DNA of 46,776 nucleotides from positions 1 through 46,776 of the forward strand of contig CAXSGP010000031.1 in the NCBI GenBank assembly GCA_964236955.1. Reading direction: 5' to 3'. The translations under genes were made by a program, and so were the position numbers. This document shows positions 27,492-37,258 of this stretch, in pieces. The notes under the pieces were generated by a model, which did no database searches, had not been told where the DNA came from, and was given only the letters and a program-made list of their open reading frames with translations. Within the stretch, counting starts at the first letter, position 1. Every line of letters begins with the position of its first letter. Source of the DNA: an uncultured Oligoflexus sp. (GTDB lineage Bacteria > Bdellovibrionota_B > Oligoflexia > Oligoflexales > Oligoflexaceae).

Positions 27492-29651
27492 GTGGTAAAT
27501 TTAACTCTACCGAATCCACTCAACAGACCAGGTTTGGGCGAAGTTGGCTCCCATGAGCCGCCGTTATCTGCCGAGGCTGGCTTGCCTTTGGCTAAAGGCA
27601 TGCCAAAATTTACTGATCATCTGCTGGCTCCCGACCCTAAAGGCCAAGTCCCTGCCGGCAAAGCGATTGCTCCGCCGGATTCAGCTTTGATCCGAAAAGC
27701 TGCTGAGGGCCAAACCAAGCCGGAAGGACCAACGAAAGACCCCAAAGCTTCCCGGTCAAAATCCGCCGATTTAGCCAATAATGTAAAAGCGCTCCCAAAG
27801 CCTGCCGCTCCCCATACGACTGGAGATAAAGACTCGTCAGCTTTGAAGGCGCGACCGACACCTGCCCATCCCAGCGACCCCGATAACACGGGCAAAGACC
27901 TGGGCCAGCCCGACCGTCACGCCAAGGCCCAGGCGTCCCGATTGGATCAAAAATTAAATCCCGGTCCTGGCAGTCGCGAGCCGTGCCAGGCCCCGTCGGC
28001 TCCCCCTTTGCTCGTCATCCAGCCCGAGGATCTTCCTTCAGGCGAGCCAGGCGCTTGGGATGGCAAAGCACGCGATCTCTCGCAAAACGAAGATGAACCC
28101 TGGGAAAAGCGTCTTTCAGACATGCTCATGTTTATGGGTATGCCGCCAAACAGCCTGGCCCAAGACCGCCCATCTCTAGCCCTATTGACAGAACAACTGC
28201 CGACGATCGAAGCGGAGAGCATTCCTTCTAACCTAGCCCCGTCACCGAAGCTCGATCAGCTCTTGGCAAGCGCTGATCCTGAGGCGGCAGTCGAAGAGAT
28301 CAAACCTCTTGGGGCTTGGCTCGACGCCATGGGCTGGTCGCCCGATGGCCTGATCGTCAAAGATCCGCTTGCCTTTCAAGATCTTATGAATACGCCCGTC
28401 AGCCTCAAGGATCTGATGAAGTCCTTTCAGGTCGATCCTGATCGTGTGGTCAATGAAGCCAAAGTCCTGCAGGCCACCCTGCCGCCCGAAGCCACTCCAC
28501 CTGATATGCCCCGCGCGACGCGCACGCAGGCCGCCGCTGAACCGCCGCCGATGGCGTCCGAAAAATTACCGCTGCCTGCTCCCGCCGAAGCAGCACCGGG
28601 TTTGGAGGCTGAATTTTTGGGCGTGCTGTTAAATGCTGCCGCAAGCCGGCCTCAGGCAGGGAGCGCGCCTACCCTTCAGGATCAAGACAGAATGAACCGC
28701 GTTGAAGCCAAAGCAGCGCCCCAAATTCGCCTCGACCCGATGCTGGCGTCGCTAGGAGGTCCCGCAGCGAGCGCCCGCTTTGAGGGCCTACCCAAAGCCA
28801 ATCTTTTAAATCCCGCCGTTTTCCAGGCGATGGACTTGCGTTCCAGTGAAACCTTTATTTTTGCAGCGGATGCCCCCCTCGACACCTCACCCGTTCTTTC
28901 ACGAAACGATAGTCGCGACTGGCTGGAAAACATTCAGGCTCTAAGTCTACAAACCGACAGCAGCAATTCCCCAGCCAGTGATCGAGGCCCGGCCTTTGGC
29001 CCCGAAACAATGGTGGGGCAGTTGCTCGTTGAGACTAAACTTGACGGTGGTGGTCAAAATCAAAGTTCCGATCCGAGCCCGGATGATGATGCTCTCGAAC
29101 CGTTGCCTGGCGACCAAGCACCGACCTTTATCAATGGTGCCACGCTAAAAACCTCCACAGCTTTTGAACTTACCCGCCAGGAAGCCCCCAAGGCCCTGCC
29201 GGCGCACGCCATGCAAAAGACGGTTTTTGAAAGCACTTCGCTCCTCGTCAAAGACGGGGGCGGCGCAATGCGCATCGACATCGGCAATAAGGAGCTGGGG
29301 TCGATTGATCTGGCCGTCGAAGTCAAAGACAATAGGGTTGACATTAAAATCGTGGCCGCCTCCCAGCAGGCACGCGAAATCCTGGCCGTCGCATTACCGG
29401 CGCTCAAAGCCAGCCTGCAAAATCAAAATCTTAATCTCTCCAAGGTGGAGATTGGCCTGAGCGGTGGATCGTCATGGAGCTCCTCGGATGGAGGGTCCTC
29501 AGGCCGGGAATCGACGGCGCAATCAGAGGAAATTTTTGGAATAAAGGGCGCGAGCCGGCGCTCCAGCAGATCCTATCGCCAGGCGAGCAGCACGCAGAAT
29601 CTTCAACCCGAGGCCATCCGTGATGGTGGCAGTATTAAAGTGAGGGTCTAA
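27492..29651 (+). CDS. fliK: flagellar hook-length control protein FliK
   Basis: Long Pro/Ala-rich N-region plus C-terminal FliK domain (MRIDIGNKELGSIDLAVEV...AREILAVALPALKASLQNQNL); directly before flgD; start codon uncertain. Confidence 0.85.
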   Translation: MVNLTLPNPLNRPGLGEVGSHEPPLSAEAGLPLAKGMPKFTDHLLAPDPKGQVPAGKAIAPPDSALIRKAAEGQTKPEGPTKDPKASRSKSADLANNVKALPKPAAPHTTGDKDSSALKARPTPAHPSDPDNTGKDLGQPDRHAKAQASRLDQKLNPGPGSREPCQAPSAPPLLVIQPEDLPSGEPGAWDGKARDLSQNEDEPWEKRLSDMLMFMGMPPNSLAQDRPSLALLTEQLPTIEAESIPSNLAPSPKLDQLLASADPEAAVEEIKPLGAWLDAMGWSPDGLIVKDPLAFQDLMNTPVSLKDLMKSFQVDPDRVVNEAKVLQATLPPEATPPDMPRATRTQAAAEPPPMASEKLPLPAPAEAAPGLEAEFLGVLLNAAASRPQAGSAPTLQDQDRMNRVEAKAAPQIRLDPMLASLGGPAASARFEGLPKANLLNPAVFQAMDLRSSETFIFAADAPLDTSPVLSRNDSRDWLENIQALSLQTDSSNSPASDRGPAFGPETMVGQLLVETKLDGGGQNQSSDPSPDDDALEPLPGDQAPTFINGATLKTSTAFELTRQEAPKALPAHAMQKTVFESTSLLVKDGGGAMRIDIGNKELGSIDLAVEVKDNRVDIKIVAASQQAREILAVALPALKASLQNQNLNLSKVEIGLSGGSSWSSSDGGSSGRESTAQSEEIFGIKGASRRSSRSYRQASSTQNLQPEAIRDGGSIKVRV

Positions 29652-29654
29652 TTT

Positions 29655-30902
29655 ATGTCAACCATTACCCAAGCAATAACACCTCCCGTCGCCGGCCCGG
29701 CCGCAGTGCAAACCTTTTCCGATGCCAAGGTCGAGGATATTACCGGCAAGACCACTGTCGATTCGAAAGAAAAAACCGACTTTAGAACCCTCATCAACAA
29801 TTCCATAGATGAAGTCAAAAAAGAACGTAAGGCCAAGGAAAATGGCGACCTTACCGCATCGAGCGACGCAGAATTTTTGGCAAAGCTTGCCGATCAGAGC
29901 GCAGAGAAGCGAAAGCCGAAAAACGAATTGGGCAAAGATGATTTTTTAAAACTTTTCGTTACCCAGCTTCAAAACCAGGATCCGATGAATCCCGACGATG
30001 GTACGGAGATGGCGGCTAAGCTTGCCCAGTTCAACGGCCTCGAGCAGATGATGAACGTCAATAAGGGCATCGAAAAGCTCATCGCCGCCCAGGGCACCGA
30101 ACGCAATATGCAGATGATGGACTACATCGGCAAGGAAGTGACCATCGACGGCGGCCGCGTTCGTTTGCATGACGGTGTCGCCACGGCAACCGAATTCTCC
30201 ACCGAAACTCCACTTGCCGCGACGACTTTGGAGGTGCGGGATGGCAACGGCATTCTCGTCAACCAGGTCGACCTTGGACCTATGGACACCGGAACCCATG
30301 CCCTGACTTGGGACGGCAAGACCCATGATGGTCGTCAGCTCAATGAAGGAATTTTCACCTATTCCATTACCGCAAGGAATATGGACGGGCAGAATATTCC
30401 CATCAGTCTGTCGAGCAAAGCAAAAATCAATGGGGTCGACATCAAGAGCACCGACGGCGCCCTTTACTCCGACTTTGGTAAGGTGACATTTGACCAAATT
30501 CGCTCGGTCGGGAAAGTTGGCTATGATTCGATTGAAACTCCCAAGTTCATCGCGCCAACGGCCAGTGCAGGCGCCAAAGCGGGCGCTCTTTCCGGAGAGA
30601 TCAGCGTGCCTGTTCCGGGGGCCGAAAACCTTGGAAAAATAAAATCCAATAGCGATGCCTCAGCGGCTCTCGATAAGCTCCAGGCTCAGGGTAAACTGGA
30701 ACTGAAAAAACCAGGAACGGATGCGGCTGCCGCAGCCAAGGCCACTGCCGCTAAAGCCCGCGCCGCGTCGGAAACAGTCAAAAATCGCGCCGGTGCCAGT
30801 GCCGCCCCAGCCGACGAAGCCAATAAATCAATTGACCCACAGCCTTTACCTTCCGCTAAACTGATAGAATCCAATCATCAAGTTCCCGCCGCAGAATCCT
30901 AA
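29655..30902 (+). CDS. flgD: flagellar hook capping protein FlgD
   Basis: LGKDDFLKLFVTQLQNQDPMNP, QFNGLEQ, IGKEV, WDGK FlgD Ig-like domain. Confidence 0.95.
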   Translation: MSTITQAITPPVAGPAAVQTFSDAKVEDITGKTTVDSKEKTDFRTLINNSIDEVKKERKAKENGDLTASSDAEFLAKLADQSAEKRKPKNELGKDDFLKLFVTQLQNQDPMNPDDGTEMAAKLAQFNGLEQMMNVNKGIEKLIAAQGTERNMQMMDYIGKEVTIDGGRVRLHDGVATATEFSTETPLAATTLEVRDGNGILVNQVDLGPMDTGTHALTWDGKTHDGRQLNEGIFTYSITARNMDGQNIPISLSSKAKINGVDIKSTDGALYSDFGKVTFDQIRSVGKVGYDSIETPKFIAPTASAGAKAGALSGEISVPVPGAENLGKIKSNSDASAALDKLQAQGKLELKKPGTDAAAAAKATAAKARAASETVKNRAGASAAPADEANKSIDPQPLPSAKLIESNHQVPAAES

Positions 30903-30936
30903 GTCAATTTATTCGCGGTTTAGAGAGGCAGCGCCT

Positions 30937-31869
30937 TTGTTGAGAATCACATCCCTATCCTTGGCCCTTTTGCTACTCGCTTGTTCCTGCAAAAGCGCCG
31001 AAGGAAACCATAGCGCCATGGCCTCGTTCCCCGAGGTCGAATTGATCCCTAAAGAAAGCGACGAAAACCCGGAAGCCACTGCCGCGCATCGTCCGCCTGC
31101 GCCACTTGCCGAGGCCCTTCCTCCAGCCAGCGAGGTCTGTGATCCCGAGGCCGCCCCGGTCTGCCCAGCCGAGGAATTTAACAGCCCGCATCGCTGCGTT
31201 GCGCTGAGTTTAAACGGCCAACTGCTGTCCGATCAGGAACAGGTCAGTGCTTGGGCGAAAACGCCCTGCCAGGCACACCGCGAGCTCTTTAAAATCGCCT
31301 GCGCCAACCATCTTAACTACGCCCAGCTCGATAAAATTTCCTGTCACCCCGACGCCAACGAGGGCAACTGTCCCGCCGCGCTCAATGACTGCCCCAACAA
31401 GGTCACGCCAACCCGTTGTTTCGCTAAATCTTACGAAGAACAAGACCTGAATTGGTCGAGTAGACCGGAAGCCTGGGGTCGTAACGAATGCGATGCCCGC
31501 AATAAATTAAATAAAACGGCCTGTAACCTTGGCCTTGATCCCAAAGCCCTGAAAGCGATTCGCTGCGAACCCGAACCTTCGACGCTTGTGTGCCCACCCC
31601 TATGGAAAAACTGTGACACGCAGAAAAGTGAGTTCAGCGAATGCTCACTGAGTAGAGTCGGTGAAATCGTGCTGAAGAAGCCTCTCAAAGCCATAGGCAG
31701 CAGCCGCTGCGAAGCGACCTACCGAGTCCAGGACCTGGCCTGCCGCTTTCAAAAAGCAGAGATCAAGGAACTGGCCGGCGTCGAGTGCCGGGCCTTGACC
31801 AAGCCAGGTTCAAACGTCAATGCCAGCTCCAAGCCAGGCCAAAACACTGGCAACAGGGCAATAAAATAA
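30937..31869 (+). CDS. Cys-rich lipoprotein with three six-Cys (Kazal-like) repeats
   Basis: Lipobox LLA-C; three repeats with the same Cys order. Confidence 0.75.
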   Translation: MLRITSLSLALLLLACSCKSAEGNHSAMASFPEVELIPKESDENPEATAAHRPPAPLAEALPPASEVCDPEAAPVCPAEEFNSPHRCVALSLNGQLLSDQEQVSAWAKTPCQAHRELFKIACANHLNYAQLDKISCHPDANEGNCPAALNDCPNKVTPTRCFAKSYEEQDLNWSSRPEAWGRNECDARNKLNKTACNLGLDPKALKAIRCEPEPSTLVCPPLWKNCDTQKSEFSECSLSRVGEIVLKKPLKAIGSSRCEATYRVQDLACRFQKAEIKELAGVECRALTKPGSNVNASSKPGQNTGNRAIK

Positions 31870-31938
31870 TTTTAGGCCCAAGGTCCATGACTTCGCTTGT
31901 CTCATAGGCGGATGAATGTCCACGGGACCGAGAGGATG

Positions 31939-33441
31939 TCACCCAAGAACCTCGTAGGGAGGTTCTTCCAAAAACTCAGCTTTAAGCGAGGCCGGCTCAA
32001 ACTGAAGCTGCAGCTGATACTTCTCAATAAGGCTGTTATAGAGGGGCTTTTCTTCATTCATCAGCTTTTCATAAACATCATCGCGCAGCCTGATCTTTAT
32101 TTCTTTTTGCTTCCTGCGCAGATAGACCCGCTCGATCTCCCGTACCATTTCAAAGACCAGGGTCTCACCGCTTAAAACCCGACCCAGGCCGTTACAGTGT
32201 CGACAATCGACAGTCAGCACCCGTTCCATGGATTCGCGCGTGCGTTTGCGAGTCATTTGCACCAGGCCGAGTTCATTGATTGCCAGGACATTGGTGCGCG
32301 ATTTATCCGCCTTTAAGGTTTCCAGTAGGCGTTCATTGACCTTCTGCTGATCGGCGACGCTTTCCATATCGATAAAGTCCAAGACGATAATGCCACCGAG
32401 GTTGCGCACGCGCAGCTGATAGACGATCTCTTCGAGGGCTTCCATATTGGTGCGCAGTATCGTATCCTGCGCGTTGACCGAGCCCACAAACTTTCCAGTA
32501 TTGACGTCGAACGAGGTTAGGGCTTCGGTTTGATCGATCACCAGATAGCCACCTGATGGCAGCCAAACTTTACGCGACATTGCTTTCGCTAGTTCAAGTT
32601 CTATTCCATAATGATCAAAGATGAGATCCTGACCCTGGAAGAGCAGCAGCCTTTCATTGGCGCCCGGAATGGAATCCTGCAGAAAGTGGGCCAGCTGGTT
32701 ATAGACCTGCTCATCGTCCACCACAATCTCGCTAACGTCCTCCGTTAAAAGATCCCGGGTCGTCTTAAGGACTAAGTCGGGCTCTTGATAGAGCAAAGCA
32801 GGAGCTGCGCAGCGCCTGCGTTTATCGGCAACGGATTGCCAAATTTTAAGAAGATATTCGAGGTCTTTTTGCAGATGGCCTGGGGGCGCCTCAAGGGCCG
32901 CAGTGCGGATGATAATGCCCATTTCAGAGGGCCTGATGCGATCGACCTCTTCCATCAGCTGCTTTCGCACGGCCTCGTCTTCGATACGGCGTGAGATACC
33001 AAGGCTACTGAATTCAGGCATGAGAACGAGATAGCGGCCGGGGATGGTTACCACCATCGTCACCCGCGGGCCCTTGGTGCCCAAAGGTTCTTTTGCCACT
33101 TGCACACAAATTTCCTGACCTTCACGCAGGACTTTTTCGATGGGCGTTCGGTTTGCCAATTCACGAGGATCCTGATTCGGATGAGCGCTCATACTTGCCA
33201 TATAGGTCGGATCCAAAACATCGCCGCCATAGAGAAAAGCTGAGCGATCGGCACCAATATTGACAAAGGCTGACTGCATGCCGGGCAGGACCCGACTGAT
33301 CTTGGCCTTGTAGATATTACCAACCATGCCGCGCTTGGTATGCCGTTCGACATAGAGATCGACGAGCCGATTGCCTTCCAAAAGACCGATGCGAGTTTCG
33401 GATGCACTTGCGTTAATGATTAATTTTTTAGTCTTCGTCAT
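31939..33441 (-). CDS. rng: ribonuclease G (Rne/Rng family)
   Basis: VGNIYKAKISRVLPGMQSAFVNIG, KEPLGTKGPR, DVNTG, GGIIVLDFIDM, CRHCNG Zn-link; about 500 aa, no RNase E scaffold tail. Confidence 0.92.
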   Translation of the reverse strand: MTKTKKLIINASASETRIGLLEGNRLVDLYVERHTKRGMVGNIYKAKISRVLPGMQSAFVNIGADRSAFLYGGDVLDPTYMASMSAHPNQDPRELANRTPIEKVLREGQEICVQVAKEPLGTKGPRVTMVVTIPGRYLVLMPEFSSLGISRRIEDEAVRKQLMEEVDRIRPSEMGIIIRTAALEAPPGHLQKDLEYLLKIWQSVADKRRRCAAPALLYQEPDLVLKTTRDLLTEDVSEIVVDDEQVYNQLAHFLQDSIPGANERLLLFQGQDLIFDHYGIELELAKAMSRKVWLPSGGYLVIDQTEALTSFDVNTGKFVGSVNAQDTILRTNMEALEEIVYQLRVRNLGGIIVLDFIDMESVADQQKVNERLLETLKADKSRTNVLAINELGLVQMTRKRTRESMERVLTVDCRHCNGLGRVLSGETLVFEMVREIERVYLRRKQKEIKIRLRDDVYEKLMNEEKPLYNSLIEKYQLQLQFEPASLKAEFLEEPPYEVLG

Positions 33442-33472
33442 CGCGGTCTCAATCTTTTTCAGCAAAAACTAT

Positions 33473-34777
33473 TCACTTCGACCAGGTCGCCGTTATCGCT
33501 TGGAGGATGCGCTGGCTGGCACCACTTTGCTCGACCACGGCCTGCCACAAAGCTTGATGGGGAGGGTGGGTAGCCCAGGTGAGCTTCTTATACCACTGAA
33601 AAAAGTCGGCACCATTATTAATTACATGAGCGAGTCCCTGCTTGACCAAGCCCTTCGCTTCCTGACTGGTTTCAAACAGGGGACCAAAACAAAGGTAAAG
33701 ACCCCGGCAGGCAGGTTCCAGCACATTATGCACCCGGTAATGCATAGCACCCCCAACCCAAGCCAGATGGCAGCAGCCATAAAGTTCTGGTAAATCGCCC
33801 AGTACATCCACCATTAAAACATCGGTTTGAACTCCGGCCTTGGCATAGCCATCGCCACTGACCTGGCATACCCGGAGGCCCTCCAGCATCTTCAGCATGG
33901 CCGAGATATTAACCGGAGACAGATCATGGGGGGCAACGATCACCGCTATCTGGGGATCAAAGCTCCTCAGGCTTTGATAGATATCCAAAAACGCCTGGAG
34001 ATCCCGCTGCCAGGCACTGCCCAATACAATCACGCGGCGATCGGCAAGAAAATTTTTGAGGGAAGACTTGAGAGTCTGCAAGGCGCTTTGCCGCTCTTTG
34101 ATGCGTTCGAGAACGCGGTCATATTTGGTGTCGCCTGTGACGATGACCTTGGAGCGGGGAGAATGTAAAACAGCTTCGTAAAAATTCCGATCCGTCTCGC
34201 TCACCAAAAACATCGCCTTCATCGGCCGCAGCAGAGAACTTCGCAGGTGACGCGCCAGGCTTTTTTTACGGAGCTGGGGCGCCTCCACGCCATCAACGAG
34301 ATAAAGTGGAGCAAAGAGTTTGCTCGTGTGCACCATCCCTGGCCACAATTCATAACGCACACAAACAAAGGCGTCCGGACGCAAAAGAGCGCACACTTCA
34401 CGCCAGTACGAGGGCCGATCGGACGCCACCAGACCAAAGGGCAAGGTTTCCTTTTGGGAGTGGGCAAACTTCAGGCCGGAGTTGGAAAAGAAGAGGATAA
34501 ACAGAGCACAGTCGCCACGCTGCTGCAGACGGTTCAAAAGCGGCTTCGCCTGCTCATATTCGCCGGCTGACGAACAGATAAAGACCAGCCCTTTGGGGTA
34601 ACGCGAGCGCTGCCGTGCCCAGACTTTAATGAGGCCTCGACTTTCAAGGCGCTCGCCCCAGTCCTTGGAAAGTTTCGTATGAACGCAAGCCAGGCCCCGA
34701 AGCGCCAGCGACAGGGCTGCCCAGAGCCCTTCGTAGCAAAACATTTTGAAGCCCAGATCTTTCCAAATATTAATCAT
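33473..34777 (-). CDS. waaA: 3-deoxy-D-manno-octulosonic acid (Kdo) transferase
   Basis: SSAGEYEQAKP, RYELWP, VTGDTKYD, GS, APH, DVLGDL..LY, GG, HNVLEPA. Confidence 0.9.
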   Translation of the reverse strand: MINIWKDLGFKMFCYEGLWAALSLALRGLACVHTKLSKDWGERLESRGLIKVWARQRSRYPKGLVFICSSAGEYEQAKPLLNRLQQRGDCALFILFFSNSGLKFAHSQKETLPFGLVASDRPSYWREVCALLRPDAFVCVRYELWPGMVHTSKLFAPLYLVDGVEAPQLRKKSLARHLRSSLLRPMKAMFLVSETDRNFYEAVLHSPRSKVIVTGDTKYDRVLERIKERQSALQTLKSSLKNFLADRRVIVLGSAWQRDLQAFLDIYQSLRSFDPQIAVIVAPHDLSPVNISAMLKMLEGLRVCQVSGDGYAKAGVQTDVLMVDVLGDLPELYGCCHLAWVGGAMHYRVHNVLEPACRGLYLCFGPLFETSQEAKGLVKQGLAHVINNGADFFQWYKKLTWATHPPHQALWQAVVEQSGASQRILQAITATWSK

Positions 34778-35933
34778 GTTTGATCAGTTCTGGCGGGGCG
34801 CCCTTATTTTTAAGGATGCGCTTAAGGTGGTCGACAACCTGCGTCGGTTGAATCAGGCCAAAGCAAAGTTTATCGCCATATCGGCAATCCTGCTTGCCAT
34901 GTTTTGAGCAGGGTCGGCAACCCAGCGCCGACGAGAAGGCTCGACTTTCCTCACGCCAGGGCGGAAACCCAAACCCTTCCACTGTTGGTCCAAACAGGGC
35001 CACTACGGGGACGCCGACCGATTCGGCGACATGCAGCAGGGCCGAATCGTTGCAAAGCAGGACATCAGCCTCCCTCAGCGCTAACGCTGATTCCCAAAGA
35101 TTGAGTTTGCCGGCTAGATTTAGCACCGGGCCTTTCCAATCGAGCCTGTCAAGAATCGCAAGTGCCATGCTCCGTTCCTGCTCGTTGCCGACAAAGAGCA
35201 GACCGAGTTCGACATCCTTAAGAACACTGTCCCGTCGAATGTTTTGATGGAGCAGCTCGGTGATATCTTGCAAGAGTTGAATAGGGGCCTGCTTGGTAAG
35301 ATACGCGGCGCCGGGTGCAATTGCGATCCAGCGGCCGAATTTGAGTTCCTTTTGCCAAGGCGTCTCGCCACTGTCGTGCTCACTTAAAAGGCTGGGCACC
35401 GCTCGAATGCGGTCAAGGCCATCAAGCATCTCGACGGGAAGATGCATCTCGAGAGCATGCCGTAGGGTTCTCAGCATCATTTCAAACTGATAGACTTCGG
35501 CTTTTTGCAAGTTTTGCGGAAGCGGCCGCCGCCGGCCACGGAGCCGCGACAGGACCGTCATCGACCCTCGGTCGAAAGATTTTTTATCAGCGGCGTAGCT
35601 TGGGATTTTGTAGTCTTTTTTAAGGGCGCGACAGAGCAGCTGCGAGCGGATGTTGGTTTGCAAATCGATTACAAAATGCACATCCTTTAAATCTTGCGCC
35701 ACTTTGTCTTGATAATTACTGGCATCGGGATCAACATCGACAACCTTGATTTCGGGAAATGCGCTGGCAATGAGCTGAAGGGCGGGCCGCCGGCCGACCC
35801 AGATCATTTGCACGGGAGCTGGAATTTGCCGTAGAAGATCGATGCAAGCTGTGGCGAGGACAACATCGCCTATGCTGGTGCTTCGAATTATACCGATTTT
35901 GATTAACGGCAACATCGCTGAAGGTGTGAACAC
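34770..35933 (-). CDS. glycosyltransferase family 9 (LPS heptosyltransferase-like)
   Basis: SIGDVVLAT, IDLQ, APGA, NDSALLHVAESVGVPVVALFGPT, CRPC..C..C tail; next to waaA. Confidence 0.9.
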   Translation of the reverse strand: MFTPSAMLPLIKIGIIRSTSIGDVVLATACIDLLRQIPAPVQMIWVGRRPALQLIASAFPEIKVVDVDPDASNYQDKVAQDLKDVHFVIDLQTNIRSQLLCRALKKDYKIPSYAADKKSFDRGSMTVLSRLRGRRRPLPQNLQKAEVYQFEMMLRTLRHALEMHLPVEMLDGLDRIRAVPSLLSEHDSGETPWQKELKFGRWIAIAPGAAYLTKQAPIQLLQDITELLHQNIRRDSVLKDVELGLLFVGNEQERSMALAILDRLDWKGPVLNLAGKLNLWESALALREADVLLCNDSALLHVAESVGVPVVALFGPTVEGFGFPPWREESRAFSSALGCRPCSKHGKQDCRYGDKLCFGLIQPTQVVDHLKRILKNKGAPPELIKHD

Positions 35934-36124
35934 GGTGCCTATCCCTCCATTACAGACCGTCTAAGGGAGCGAAGTCTACCCAATCTGGCAGCTCAACCTA
36001 AGCTCTTTTCCTCTTACTCTTTCGAAAGTCTACCAAATCCTGCGGGTCTTATCCTTTTTATAAGAGCATAGGGCTTGCCCGGCAAGTTTTACCGAGGGCC
36101 CCACCTGTTCTATGAAAGCCAAAA

Positions 36125-36133
36125 TGGTACAAT
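36125..36133 (+). promoter_or_regulatory. possible extended -10 promoter
   Basis: TGgTACAAT about 40 nt upstream of ATG 36173. Confidence 0.35.
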
Positions 36134-36172
36134 GTAATTAGGTTCGTAGCAGCTCCGATCTAAGGGATCCTC

Positions 36173-37159
36173 ATGAACAAGTCTGAAAAACATGACAAAT
36201 CAAAATTTAATTTCAAATCCAAATCTAAATCAGATACTCATGAACGTTTCGAACGAAAACGTTACCTAAACGTTATCTACTTCATCGATTCCAATCGAAC
36301 GCGAACCCTAAAATTCAGCATAGGCGCCAGCTACCTTACCGTAGGACTCCTGAGCGCTGCGGTCATCTGGTCGATCATTTCCACCTCACTCCTCTTGCAC
36401 GATCGCTACATTATCGCCGGAATGAGCAATCATACCAAAAGTTTGCTTGAGTTGGTCTTCAATCAGCAGACGCGCTATGACGAGGTTTATGAGAAGGCCT
36501 ATCCCGACAACGACAAGCTCCTCGACACTCATGCCAAACAGCCGGAAAAAGAGCAGGAAAAATCAACAGATAAGCACGCGTTGATCGCGCTTGCCGCCAA
36601 GCGCGGCCCGGCCCCAGCACCAAGCCCCTTCGTGAGAACAATAGAATCACTAGCGAATCCCGGCAAGGACCCGCCCCTCTCGATCGACAATTTTTCCACG
36701 ACGATGAACGGTCAATCGCTCCTTATTCATCTGTCGCTTAAAAACCTAAGCAGTCCCAACAAGACGTCCGGTTCGGTATCCGCCACGGCGAAGTTTGTTG
36801 ATCAGGCCGAAAAATCCTACAGCCTTGAGAGTCATCCTCGCGATACCGCCGACGAATCAGGAAGCGGTGAGCATTTCAATATACGCTACTTTAAAAACAA
36901 GGCCTTCTTCTTTGAACCGCCCAAAGACGTCCAGGGCCGATTTTTAGAAGTCGTTGTCACGATTAAGGATGCGGAAGGCCGATCCAAAGATTTTTTTTAT
37001 CCCCTGAACAAAGAAGCCTTGGCGGGCTATCAAAATCCTAATAATTTTGATGATACGGATGCAAATGATTCCGAGACGGACGATAGGAACCCTGCCCTAA
37101 GGGGAAAGACCAGCAACGCGGCGACAGGTTCAAAAGCCAAGCCCTTTAATACCAATTAA
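36173..37159 (+). CDS. single-pass membrane hypothetical protein
   Basis: Basic N-tail, one hydrophobic helix (about residues 53-75), beta-rich C-terminal domain; AAGGGA RBS. Confidence 0.75.
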   Translation: MNKSEKHDKSKFNFKSKSKSDTHERFERKRYLNVIYFIDSNRTRTLKFSIGASYLTVGLLSAAVIWSIISTSLLLHDRYIIAGMSNHTKSLLELVFNQQTRYDEVYEKAYPDNDKLLDTHAKQPEKEQEKSTDKHALIALAAKRGPAPAPSPFVRTIESLANPGKDPPLSIDNFSTTMNGQSLLIHLSLKNLSSPNKTSGSVSATAKFVDQAEKSYSLESHPRDTADESGSGEHFNIRYFKNKAFFFEPPKDVQGRFLEVVVTIKDAEGRSKDFFYPLNKEALAGYQNPNNFDDTDANDSETDDRNPALRGKTSNAATGSKAKPFNTN

Positions 37160-37258
37160 TAGGGCCTTTAAGGGTCCTGGGCCGCAATGGTTTAAAGGAA
37201 TTCTCCTCTTACGCAGCCTTCACATTTCCATAACATGGCTATAGTCTAAGGGCCAAAC

